From Candidatus Latescibacterota bacterium (GTDB taxonomy: Bacteria > Latescibacterota > UBA2968 > UBA8231): 64,000 nucleotides of DNA. Position 1 is the first letter of the stretch, and the number at the start of each line of letters is the position of its first letter. Of the stretch, positions 41,305 to 51,059 are shown in pieces. The stretch lies in assembly GCA_965248265.1 (NCBI GenBank), contig CBDFJF010000002.1, positions 2,688,001 to 2,752,000 of the forward strand. The letters are read 5' to 3'. Both the position numbers and the translations under genes were made by a program. The notes below the pieces were generated by a model. It ran no database searches. It was not told the origin of the DNA and saw only the letters and a program-made list of their open reading frames with translations.

Positions 41305-42288
41305 GTGGCATCTATGAACGTTCTCTATTTGGCCGACCGGAACAACGAAGACCAGTATTACCCTTTGGGCCCGTACCTTGAGAAGGCGTTACATCATCGT
41401 CATGATCTCCGGTTCTTTGATCCGTCACAGCCCGGTGTGGCCCAAATCAAAGGGATGGACGCGGTGATCGATGACGGCTTGATAGAGAACACTGAGCAGA
41501 TGGTCGAGGCCGCCGTGGATCTGAAACTCTGGCAGGTTGCCAAGACGGGTTTCGAGGATGCTCCGTTGGCGGCTCTGAAGGCCAAGGGTATTCCCACATG
41601 TAATTGTCCGGGTGTTACCAGCGGCATCTCGCTGGCAGAATGCGCCATGATGTTCATTCTGATGCTGACACGCCACTACAATGGCTGTCAGGACAACTTT
41701 TTCAATTCGAAGGCATGGTGGCAACCGATGGGCCGGGAACTGGCCGAACTCAAGCTGGGCATCGTCGGCTTCGGGGCCAGTGGCCAGGCATTGGCCCGCC
41801 GTGCCCGCTCTTTCGACATGGGAATTCGCGCCATCAATCGCAGCCCAATCAAACGAGAAATGCTCGAAAAAATACCTCTGGAACTCGCCGGCACTCCTGA
41901 CGATTTGGACCCGGTGATCAGCGAGTGTGATATCGTCTCGCTGCACCTTCCTCTCAACGACACGACTCGACAGATCATGAGTGCGAGACGGATCGGGCTG
42001 ATGAAGCAGGATGCGTATTTGATCAACGTGGCCCGCGGCGGGCTGGTTGATCAGGACGCATTGTTCGAGGCCTTGACGGATGGAAAGATTGCGGGAGCCG
42101 GCCTGGATGTATTTGCCGAGGAACCGCCTGATCCGAACCATCCGGCCTTTCGGTTGCCCAATCTGCTGATCACACCCCACATTGCGGGGAGCACGAACGG
42201 CACCTACCGCAAACGCGGCCTCTGTATGGCTGATAATCTCGACCGGATTGCCGACGGCCTGGAACCGCTCTACCGGGTCGACACCTGA
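41305..42288 (+). CDS. D-isomer-specific 2-hydroxyacid dehydrogenase
   Basis: GFGASG, SLHLP, INVARGG, GLDVF.EEP, TPHIAG. Confidence 0.93.
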   Translation: MASMNVLYLADRNNEDQYYPLGPYLEKALHHRHDLRFFDPSQPGVAQIKGMDAVIDDGLIENTEQMVEAAVDLKLWQVAKTGFEDAPLAALKAKGIPTCNCPGVTSGISLAECAMMFILMLTRHYNGCQDNFFNSKAWWQPMGRELAELKLGIVGFGASGQALARRARSFDMGIRAINRSPIKREMLEKIPLELAGTPDDLDPVISECDIVSLHLPLNDTTRQIMSARRIGLMKQDAYLINVARGGLVDQDALFEALTDGKIAGAGLDVFAEEPPDPNHPAFRLPNLLITPHIAGSTNGTYRKRGLCMADNLDRIADGLEPLYRVDT

Positions 42289-42321
42289 ATCGTCTGGGTC
42301 CACGAATTGTAATACCGACAG

Positions 42322-45300
42322 CTAATACAGCACGCTCTGCGCATACCCCAGGAACAGGCGCACGAAGATCGACGTCGTGTCGAAGCTCTCGAGGAAGCGG
42401 AATTCGTCTTTGTACTCAAGCTTGTCCTGCTTGACCCCCAGATTGGCGGAGATTCGATACCCCGAGTAGTCCGACATATTGGAGAGGACGACCGTCATCG
42501 TCTGCCGCTCGAAGCTGTTGCGCGGCTCGGCCACATCGGTTTGCCGAAACCACCAGCCCGGAACCCCCTGAATCCCCACCTTCAGCTCCGTCGCCAGGGA
42601 GAGTTGATATCGGGCCGTGACGAGAGGGACGACCGTTTGGGTGTGGACCAAAGCCCGGCCCGCCTGCTGGCGGGTCCGCTTCAACCAGAGTCCTTTCAGG
42701 GCGGGCTGCAGCGTCAAATCCCCGAAACGCCACGTGTAGTCGGCTTGCTGCACCCACGCCAGGGAACGAACCCGATCCTCGGCTTGCTCCGAACCGTCTC
42801 CCAGCCGACCCCCATACTGACGGTTGTGTTCCAGTTTCACCCGAGTGATGATGCGCCAGCCGGGAAGCCACCTCAGGATGCCCGATACGTACATCCGGTT
42901 CACCAAGCTGTCGCGATAGCTCAACGGATCCGTAACAAACGTCGGCGCATAGGAGAATCGCCCCGACGCGAGCGTTAAATTTTGTCTGTTGACAGCCGTG
43001 GTGGCCGCTGTCCAGCTGTACACATCATCCCGCACATCGTCCCACACCCGCTTCAACTCATCCTCGATCAGCCATTCACCCACCCCAGGATGCTCCCCGC
43101 CATACCTCAGCCGGATGTAGCGCTGGTCGTTGCGGCCCCCGCCGGCGATCTGATGGGACTGCAGCCATCCCAGCGTTGCCCCCGCGCCCATCCATGGCTT
43201 CCAGCGGACATAAGCATGGCCCCCCCGCAGATCCTGGTCATAGGGAAGATCCGCCTCCTGGTCGTCCTCCCGCTCATCCACGACATCGTTGTTGTTGAAA
43301 TCCAGACCATACACGTATTCATCCGGATCCACCTCGTAGAGCAGAAAGGGCTCCAGATAGTCCGGCAGCTGATTCAGGTTGCGGTTCGTATCCGGGATGC
43401 CATCGTTGTCCGCATCCTGCCCGGGGAACACGGATAGATCACCGGGGGCCACGCCCGGTATCTTGCCCTCCGGATTGCTATCCTGATCGTCATTGTCGTC
43501 GAGAAGAGAGAAGAAGGTCGTCCTGTTCTCCACTGACCGCTGGCCTTGCATCTGGAGCACAAGATCTCCTGGCCTCGCCGTCAGTCGCTGGTTGAACATG
43601 GGCCCGATGGAAAACAGCTCTCCCCCAAAACCATAGCGCTCCGTCTCCCGCTCGAGCTGGACATACCCTGCCCGATCCCCACCGCGGTGACGTGCGCCAT
43701 TTGCCTCCCGAAGCTCCGGCTTGCCGGCAACCCAAACTACCTGCTCTCCAGGCACCCCATCCCGGTAGCGGCTGTACGTGAAGCTCTCCGCAAACTCCCC
43801 GCGCACCCGTAGACCCACAAGGTCCAGCGCCATATTCACACCCCATACCGACTGCCCGGTCTCGGTCCCGATCGGAATTCGTATCCGCTCCACATTGGAC
43901 AGATCCTGCACATTCCCCTCCGCACGACGCACGGTCTTATAGAACGGGGCACTATAACGAGTCTCATACGGGGTACCTTCCCTCGGATTCGACACACTCA
44001 GGTCAGCGACTTCGATGCGGTAATCATTGCCCACCGACGCCTCCACCTCCACCGAGCGCACGTGGGTCAGCCCCTCCAGATCGAAGTAATACACCAGGGC
44101 CTCGGTCCCATCCGCACGCTGAGCCTGGCTCGGATCCTCCCACCCCACAAACTCAACCAGACGATCTACGTCCGTGTTGTTGGCCACATTCGGATCGTCC
44201 GGGTCAAGTGCATAATCCCGCCGGTACAGGTAGTCGGCAAACAACGGCGTTTCCATCCCCCAATAGGGGCCCGGGGTGCGTGCAATGCCGGGTTGGTAGT
44301 AGAAGCTGGGCCCGAAACGCCCATCGACCGAGCTGGTCTTTCCAACCACCGTAAACCGATCCGTGAGATCCCGACGCACCACGTCCGGAACCAGATCCGG
44401 ACGCCTTTGACCATTGACCACCAACTGCACCCCGTACACTACGGGGCCACCTCGTCCATCGGCCGGCGAATCGTCCGAAATCCGTACCGCCAGCAGCGCC
44501 GGGATCGACTGAGTGGCATGCAGATCCCCCCTCAAGTCGGTCGTCGCATAGCGCACGTCGAACATGTGCTGGTTCGCAAACGTGGCGCCCACACGCAACG
44601 GCCCCGTCTCGCGCTCGTAGTGTCCTGCCAGCAGAATACCCGAATCGTTGTCGGTACCGGCTGCGGTCCCCCCTGCCCGATATACCGAATAACTGTAGGC
44701 CGCTACGAGGCTCAAGGCATCTCCAAACGGGCTCAGCACATCCGCCCGGGCTCCCTGCAGCGACACTCGATTCAACGTCAGCGGCGTGAACCGAGTGATG
44801 ATCCCGCGCGTCCACCAAAACTGTTGAGTCATGTGCCCTGTGAAGATGAGATTACTTGCCCATCCCGAGTGGGTCTGTCCTCCCATGGACAAAACCCCGT
44901 GGAAATTACTGAGGTTAGATCTGAGAATACTGCCTCCACGCCGTCTTGCCCCCTCCCTGGACTGTTCCGCGGTCCAGGTGCCCAATTCCCGACCGCTGAT
45001 CAGGAAGTTACCCAGGGGATCGTAGATATTCGACCACGGCGGACGATCCGTCAGCGCCTCGTAGTTTTGATACTCCGTGAACGCGTAGTTTCGATACGAC
45101 TCCCCCGGGTCCCCCAAAAACATCTGATCCGGCACGATCGCAGGCACCATCGGGGTTTCCTTCCACCGACGCTCCGCCTCCCATCTCCCCTCGCCCACCA
45201 CAGTCGTCACGAGAAGAAGATGGAATGCAAATGACAGACGTCTCCCTCGGAAGCCCAAGCGGCACCCTACCCCTTCCAGCCTTTTGCCTTTACGCACGAT

Positions 45301-45357
45301 GCAGGGCCTCGCTTCTGTCTTGTCGTTGGTTTCGCAGTTCGTATATGAAGGGCTCAC
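42322..45357 (-). CDS. large hypothetical exported/outer-membrane-like protein
   Basis: 1011-aa ORF with acidic DxDNDG motifs and a beta-strand-rich C-terminus; start uncertain. Confidence 0.65.
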   Translation of the reverse strand: MSPSYTNCETNDKTEARPCIVRKGKRLEGVGCRLGFRGRRLSFAFHLLLVTTVVGEGRWEAERRWKETPMVPAIVPDQMFLGDPGESYRNYAFTEYQNYEALTDRPPWSNIYDPLGNFLISGRELGTWTAEQSREGARRRGGSILRSNLSNFHGVLSMGGQTHSGWASNLIFTGHMTQQFWWTRGIITRFTPLTLNRVSLQGARADVLSPFGDALSLVAAYSYSVYRAGGTAAGTDNDSGILLAGHYERETGPLRVGATFANQHMFDVRYATTDLRGDLHATQSIPALLAVRISDDSPADGRGGPVVYGVQLVVNGQRRPDLVPDVVRRDLTDRFTVVGKTSSVDGRFGPSFYYQPGIARTPGPYWGMETPLFADYLYRRDYALDPDDPNVANNTDVDRLVEFVGWEDPSQAQRADGTEALVYYFDLEGLTHVRSVEVEASVGNDYRIEVADLSVSNPREGTPYETRYSAPFYKTVRRAEGNVQDLSNVERIRIPIGTETGQSVWGVNMALDLVGLRVRGEFAESFTYSRYRDGVPGEQVVWVAGKPELREANGARHRGGDRAGYVQLERETERYGFGGELFSIGPMFNQRLTARPGDLVLQMQGQRSVENRTTFFSLLDDNDDQDSNPEGKIPGVAPGDLSVFPGQDADNDGIPDTNRNLNQLPDYLEPFLLYEVDPDEYVYGLDFNNNDVVDEREDDQEADLPYDQDLRGGHAYVRWKPWMGAGATLGWLQSHQIAGGGRNDQRYIRLRYGGEHPGVGEWLIEDELKRVWDDVRDDVYSWTAATTAVNRQNLTLASGRFSYAPTFVTDPLSYRDSLVNRMYVSGILRWLPGWRIITRVKLEHNRQYGGRLGDGSEQAEDRVRSLAWVQQADYTWRFGDLTLQPALKGLWLKRTRQQAGRALVHTQTVVPLVTARYQLSLATELKVGIQGVPGWWFRQTDVAEPRNSFERQTMTVVLSNMSDYSGYRISANLGVKQDKLEYKDEFRFLESFDTTSIFVRLFLGYAQSVLY

Positions 45358-45375
45358 GACTCCCGGAAACAGGTA

Positions 45376-47307
45376 CTAGTAGGCCATTCTCAATCCATTA
45401 CCCATCATCCCGGTGAAATAGTCCACGATCAGCCAGAATCCCCCGGCCACGAACTGACCCAGGATCAACCCGTAGAAAAGAGGAGCGAGCGAGCGATAGG
45501 CTTTGAGGCCACCATACTTCAAGAGAACCGACTTGGTCAGCCAGGCCAGAAACACCGGAAACCAGGCCGTACCCATCACCCTGTCCATACTGACCACAAA
45601 TCCCAGAGGGTGTAACGGCCACCACAGGAAGCGGCGATGCAAGATCAGCAGACCTGCCATCATCCCGCCACCCAGCAGCCGGGTGAACCAACCCAGCCAG
45701 TTCGGTCCCACATTCTCGTCGACCCTGTGCGCCACATAGTCCCAAGTGAACTGGGGTAGATAGCTTACGTAACCAGCTACATTGATACCCCCCTCCCGAT
45801 AGGTTACCCACAACGTCATCCAGAACGTACTGACCGCAGAAACCCCGATAGCGATCGCAATCGCCAGCAACAACCATCGCTTCCGATGCGCGATCTCCCC
45901 ACTCAACTTCAACCCCGTGGCCGTATGCGCCATCATCGTGCTCGCCAGTGATTCCGTCCATATCACCGTCGGCCCCAGCGCCGCTATCCCTGAAGGCCCT
46001 ATGTACTTTGCCCCAATCCCCGAGATGACGACGTCCAGGGGGACATTTCGGGGAAACACCATGGGCAGTCCCGCCTCAGCGATGATGCGCGTCAGGCTGA
46101 TAAAGGTCACCAGCGCCCCAAACAGAAACAGCGGCGTTACCCACATGGGCAATCCCGCCCGCCACAGCCACACGCTCATTGTGACCAGTCCGAGGATCAC
46201 CCCCCATACCGCGGTTCGGTAGGACACGATTTCGTCGGCATCGTCCACCGAAGCGTCCCCTCTGAACGCCTTCCGAAACACCTCCTGCAGATGCCCCCGG
46301 GCAATCCAGAGCCCGAAGAGCACCAGCGCCGTCATGGCACCTAGACTCTGATGTGCGAACAGTCCACCGCCATAACCAGACACAGGTTCCCCCATGCCAG
46401 CCCTCACCATGACCAGCGCACCCTCAACCAGTTGCCGCAACAGAGTGAACACCCACATCCCGAGCATGACGTCCGGTTTGAGGAAGTACGCAAACCCCAG
46501 GATCATCAGATTCAGGTAGAAAGAAATGCCGACAAAACCTCGCAACAGGTTTATGTCTCCGAAACTTGCCGGAACCACGGGCACAAAGGGGAAGTAGTGG
46601 TTCAGGGCATTGAGGCTCACCCGACCAAACGCCAGCAGCAATCCCACCCACATCAGGCTGCTCTTGAAAAAGGGCGCCACCAACCCGCCACCAGACGGGG
46701 CCTCCACCATGGCCAGGGGCACTTTGGTGATCGGATAGATCAGGTGCTCGTGCTCCACCCACTGGCGGCGGAGGATCACCATCGCGCAGATGCTCACCGT
46801 CCACAGCGCCACCATGAACAGCGTCCACCAGAACAGCGGCGGCAACCACATGTCCCAGGGAATCGACTCACCCTCCGGCATCCCCTCGAAGAACCACCGG
46901 ATGCCCAGCTCATCCTGTGGCACCATCCACCTGGCCACGTAGGGATGAACCCGCTCCGACCACGCGTTTTCCGGCGTCGCCAGGTAGGACATCCCGGCCG
47001 TGGACGACAACAGCATCAAGCAGAAGCCGTTGCGCTCGCCCCCCGAGAACGAAGTCGCCACGACCATCATGATGTAAATGGTCAGCAACTCCCCCCGGCC
47101 AAGGACCAGCCGTCGGTGAATGACCCCCAGCAGGACCTGTACGACACCCACCCACAGGAAGAACAGGAAGAAGGCGGCGGGCGCATTCAGCGAGCTCATG
47201 TGGCTGCCCATGATGACGAACGCGCCGTAGGGCACCCCCACACCGATCACCAGACTGAGTCCGGCTCCGATGACCAACGAGCGCGGCGTCACGCCCGACG
47301 CCGACAT
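45376..47307 (-). CDS. polytopic membrane protein (putative transporter, DUF6785-like)
   Basis: Many hydrophobic segments; W...E.L.YP, WWPLHPLG, LKYGG; GGAG RBS. Confidence 0.75.
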   Translation of the reverse strand: MSASGVTPRSLVIGAGLSLVIGVGVPYGAFVIMGSHMSSLNAPAAFFLFFLWVGVVQVLLGVIHRRLVLGRGELLTIYIMMVVATSFSGGERNGFCLMLLSSTAGMSYLATPENAWSERVHPYVARWMVPQDELGIRWFFEGMPEGESIPWDMWLPPLFWWTLFMVALWTVSICAMVILRRQWVEHEHLIYPITKVPLAMVEAPSGGGLVAPFFKSSLMWVGLLLAFGRVSLNALNHYFPFVPVVPASFGDINLLRGFVGISFYLNLMILGFAYFLKPDVMLGMWVFTLLRQLVEGALVMVRAGMGEPVSGYGGGLFAHQSLGAMTALVLFGLWIARGHLQEVFRKAFRGDASVDDADEIVSYRTAVWGVILGLVTMSVWLWRAGLPMWVTPLFLFGALVTFISLTRIIAEAGLPMVFPRNVPLDVVISGIGAKYIGPSGIAALGPTVIWTESLASTMMAHTATGLKLSGEIAHRKRWLLLAIAIAIGVSAVSTFWMTLWVTYREGGINVAGYVSYLPQFTWDYVAHRVDENVGPNWLGWFTRLLGGGMMAGLLILHRRFLWWPLHPLGFVVSMDRVMGTAWFPVFLAWLTKSVLLKYGGLKAYRSLAPLFYGLILGQFVAGGFWLIVDYFTGMMGNGLRMAY

Positions 47308-47594
47308 CTTCGTTCTCCTTGGGTGGTCCTGAGCCGTCGGCGCGCTCCCAGTCCGATGCGGTACCGACGGCGGTGATTGGCAAGATCGACGACTGGTCGT
47401 GGGGCACCTAGGGCGTGCCGGGCCTGATGTGTGAGGCCGGCCTGGAGGGCGTCAGCCGCCGTAAGCGGGCGCAAACGACGTGACGCATCGGGACGGGGCG
47501 GGTGGCTTTGAACCTGGTGGATGTGCGGCCGGTCCCTCTCGTTGCAGTACTGTGCTCGGGAGATCCCCTGAGCAGCGCATTTTGGAGATAGCCT

Positions 47595-47636
47595 GAAAAC
47601 AGAGATGGAGGAGGGACATAACCCCTCCTCCACCTC
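47595..47636 (-). terminator. rho-independent terminator
   Basis: GAGGTGGAGGAGGG/CCCTCCTCCATCTC stem followed by TGTTTT on the minus strand, just after the 47661 stop. Confidence 0.7.
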
Positions 47637-47660
47637 GATGATCCGGTCGGGTGACCCTCC

Positions 47661-49595
47661 TTATTTGAGCAGGGTCATCTTCTTGGTCAACTCATGGTCC
47701 CCGACCCGCAGGCGATAGAAGTACATCCCGCCGGCAACGATCTCTCCGCCGACGCTATTGCCATCCCAGCTGGTACGATAGGAGCCCGCTCGCAGGAACT
47801 CGTTGACCAGCGTGCTCACCTGCTGACCCTGGCTGTTGAGTACCGTCAACAGCGCTTGGCCCCCAACCGGAATAGAGAACTCGATCGTCGTCTGGGGATT
47901 GAACGGGTTCGGATAGGCATCACCCAGCTCGTATTCGTCGGGTGTTGCGTCGGAAGTCGTTTCCACGATTGCCGTCGGCAAGTTGGTACCGATCAGTGCC
48001 GTGGAAATCCGGAACGGCAGATGGGCAATCTGATAGCCATGACCATCACCGTGGAACTCCTGTTCAGTAGCCAGAAGATAGAGTCCGTCGTGCTCCGAAT
48101 GCTCGTGGACCATATAAACGCCCGTCCCGGTCGCGTTGTTATGCGACGTCGGAGCCCTGGCTGCGTCAACGTGAAGGAGTCCCGAGCCATCGGGGCCGTA
48201 GAGCGCCCCCCAGTGGGGCTGGACCTCGTTCTGCGTACCCTCAGCCAAGAAAGCGAACCCCTCGGCACTGCCGCTGATCACGTGAGCGTCACCATCCAGC
48301 GTTGACTCAATGCCCAGGGCCTGGGCTTGGGCGTCAAAGATCATGTCGTTGAAGCCGTCCCCGGCATCGTTTATGTAGATGGCGTTCCCGTCCCAGTCGA
48401 CCTTCATCGGGCTTCTTGTTGACGAATCCCCGCCCCAGCCTCCAGCGCAGACGATGAACCCCGAGTCATCGATGACCATAGTCCCAACCATACTGGCAAC
48501 GGGCGAAGTTGACCCATCCTCATTGTAGCGATCCCATACATAGTGTTCGCTGATGTCGATGATGTCCGTGACGTCGCCCGTATTGGAATCCAGTTCGTAG
48601 ATATCGCTGACCGGGGGATTGGTAAAGAACCCATGGCCCAGGTACAGGTTGTCTTCATAGAATTGAAGCGAATTGAAAATGTTCGAGTTTTCGTCGACAA
48701 CAATCCTCTCCTTCCAGCTGGCGGGCGGGTCCCCGAAGCCTTCCATGGGTTCGGCCGTGAGCTGGTCCAGAGATACGGTAGCGCCAAGTATGCCACCATC
48801 CCAGAACTGGTACGACCACCAGCGGGTGAAGTCGTCCGGATCGACGACAGAGCCATGGCTCGTGCCCCCCAGTATCGCTCTCGGGTTCCCGTCAGCGTCC
48901 GTCAGGCCGTAGTCCGGGTATTCGGTGAGCTGGACGAGCTCCATCTCGTCGTTTTCCAGGAAATTGCCCGGTGCGATCGGATATCTCACGAAGGCCCCTT
49001 GACCCGCGATATCCACTCTCGGGCCACCCGGCCTCGTGCCCAAGGGCCCGCCGGTGCCGATGACCCATCCTTCCCCTTGGGCGTTCTGAAGGTAGACAGC
49101 GCGCTGCCGCATTCCCCAACCCGAGACGCCTACCCAGTTGGCATCATCCTGGTCGTTGACGCCGATACAGTAAAGGGTGTACGTGCCCGAGTCGACGGCG
49201 TTCCCTTCCCAATCTCTCCCATCCCACGTGCCACTGTGCGTTCCCTCCTCAAATGACCCCAGCTCGATCACTCGTACCAGGTTGGGGATCCCCGCTTTGC
49301 GGAACACGGCGTGGCCTTCATTTATCTGGGGGATACCAGGGCCACCCCAGCCACCTTCAGTGGGCTGATCCTTGGTGTACACCGCCAGCCAGACGGAGGC
49401 CCGGCTGCCCCGCAGAGTGAAGGGAACGTCCACATTGCCGCTGAAATCGTAGTTCACATTCCCCAGGTCGATCTCCAGCACCTGCAGCGGCTCGCTACGC
49501 ACGTATCGGTAGTCCGGGGTCCCCGCCTGGCCGTAAGCTTGTCCCGCGCAGACCGCGAGGAGGATCATGGACAGAAAGACAGTTCTCGGTTGCAT
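47661..49595 (-). CDS. secreted protein with FlgD-Ig domains and a T9SS-like C-terminal domain
   Basis: Signal peptide; WDGRD..GTY; YPNPFNPQTTI..WDG..G.YFYRL..KKMTLLK. Confidence 0.85.
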   Translation of the reverse strand: MQPRTVFLSMILLAVCAGQAYGQAGTPDYRYVRSEPLQVLEIDLGNVNYDFSGNVDVPFTLRGSRASVWLAVYTKDQPTEGGWGGPGIPQINEGHAVFRKAGIPNLVRVIELGSFEEGTHSGTWDGRDWEGNAVDSGTYTLYCIGVNDQDDANWVGVSGWGMRQRAVYLQNAQGEGWVIGTGGPLGTRPGGPRVDIAGQGAFVRYPIAPGNFLENDEMELVQLTEYPDYGLTDADGNPRAILGGTSHGSVVDPDDFTRWWSYQFWDGGILGATVSLDQLTAEPMEGFGDPPASWKERIVVDENSNIFNSLQFYEDNLYLGHGFFTNPPVSDIYELDSNTGDVTDIIDISEHYVWDRYNEDGSTSPVASMVGTMVIDDSGFIVCAGGWGGDSSTRSPMKVDWDGNAIYINDAGDGFNDMIFDAQAQALGIESTLDGDAHVISGSAEGFAFLAEGTQNEVQPHWGALYGPDGSGLLHVDAARAPTSHNNATGTGVYMVHEHSEHDGLYLLATEQEFHGDGHGYQIAHLPFRISTALIGTNLPTAIVETTSDATPDEYELGDAYPNPFNPQTTIEFSIPVGGQALLTVLNSQGQQVSTLVNEFLRAGSYRTSWDGNSVGGEIVAGGMYFYRLRVGDHELTKKMTLLK

Positions 49596-49733
49596 TTCTC
49601 AAACTCCTCAGGTACGATTGATGGTGAACGTTCGTCGAGCAGTGAGTTGGGCAAAAAACACTTCCTCCCTCCCCCTTCACCCGCACCAGCACGTTCAGAT
49701 TACACTTCTCCTCTCTGGCTGGCGTCACATCAC

Positions 49734-49791
49734 GATATATCCCTCCGATTGGTGTACATAATGATATATCCCTCCGATTGGTGTACATAAT
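49734..49791. repeat. perfect 29-bp tandem duplication
   Basis: GATATATCCCTCCGATTGGTGTACATAAT x2. Confidence 0.95.
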
Positions 49792-49837
49792 ACTGACTCC
49801 TCCGGCCGCATTCAAGCGAAATCGGCTCTGATCGTGC

Positions 49838-51007
49838 TCATCTGCCTGAATCCGCCGACAGTGGAACCGTTGACAAGGTTATCGGAATATAGTTCAGCTT
49901 GTACAGACTTATATCCTGATAGTTGCCCGACACATAAAGCATGGCGGTCACCGTGTTCGCATCGCTGAGCTTCTGGAACTTTTGACCCACGATAGGCACG
50001 TACCAGCCCAACCTGTCTGTGTCCATGGTCTTGAATTTCGTCCAAGGGCCCCAGGGCTTGGGCGCTTCGTACCACTCAACGATCGTTCTCGGATCCACGC
50101 GCAGGTTGTAGGTGGTATAGTGCCATACTGCCATGACATACCTTCCCAAGGCCGGTATGTATGTCATGCCGGTCATGCTGCAATTCAAGGGATCCTCCAG
50201 CACAGGCTTTGCCGAATTCATGTCACCAACCCAGTTGTTCTCCGGTATTCCATCTTCCCCCGCGCAAAATTGCCAATCGGCCGCGTTCAGATTCGACAAT
50301 TTGCTTTTCAAGACGCGGCCCAGGACATAGTTGTCGCCATCTTCAAAGTGGCCGTTGGTGGAAACCGCGTAGACATATCTGTCAGCATTGTCCACCGTCG
50401 CGGCGCCATCCTTGCCGTACCAAACGAAATAGGGAGCACCGAACCGCAATCCGGGAAACATCGGCTTCTCGAAGTTGTCGGCTGCTGATCTTGTCCAGGT
50501 GACGCCTCTATCGATGGATTTGATGATGCTTGCATTCTTGAAAACATGTCGGTTCTCGGTATCGCCGGACTTCTCGGGATAAAGGCATCGAGTCACAAAC
50601 ATGTACAAAATGCCATCCACGCAGTACGAATTCATGGTTTTCCAGTTGGCGCCGTCCGTTGCGTACTCCGTTTCCCCATAGTCCGTCAAGTCGCTTATGG
50701 TGGTACCGATGAGATTGAACGGATCATCGCCGGTGAGCTTGCCAAACGCGACGCTGCGTTGTGGCATGCCTCCGAAACAGGTTCCATCGTTGTTGGCGGT
50801 GTACAAGTCGTCGTCATCCGCCCACGTGGGTGCCCACTCGTCGCCATGACTGTTGGCGATCTGCCGGTATTCGGCATCAAATCGAATATCCACAATCGGT
50901 CTGCCACCGGATGGGGGCAGATTCACTTCGTTCATGATGATTCTCCTGGTGGTCTCCATGGAGGCAGCGCCTTCAACAGCCCTGACAGTTCTGTCCGCGG
51001 CAGTCAT
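49838..51007 (-). CDS. hypothetical beta-propeller protein (DUF4185-like)
   Basis: GDEW.PTWADD, SIDRGVTW, APKPWGPW. Confidence 0.65.
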   Translation of the reverse strand: MTAADRTVRAVEGAASMETTRRIIMNEVNLPPSGGRPIVDIRFDAEYRQIANSHGDEWAPTWADDDDLYTANNDGTCFGGMPQRSVAFGKLTGDDPFNLIGTTISDLTDYGETEYATDGANWKTMNSYCVDGILYMFVTRCLYPEKSGDTENRHVFKNASIIKSIDRGVTWTRSAADNFEKPMFPGLRFGAPYFVWYGKDGAATVDNADRYVYAVSTNGHFEDGDNYVLGRVLKSKLSNLNAADWQFCAGEDGIPENNWVGDMNSAKPVLEDPLNCSMTGMTYIPALGRYVMAVWHYTTYNLRVDPRTIVEWYEAPKPWGPWTKFKTMDTDRLGWYVPIVGQKFQKLSDANTVTAMLYVSGNYQDISLYKLNYIPITLSTVPLSADSGR

Positions 51008-51059
51008 GGGTAAGTACCTCGCTACGAGCAGATGATTGCCAGACCCTGGATGGAGCTGA

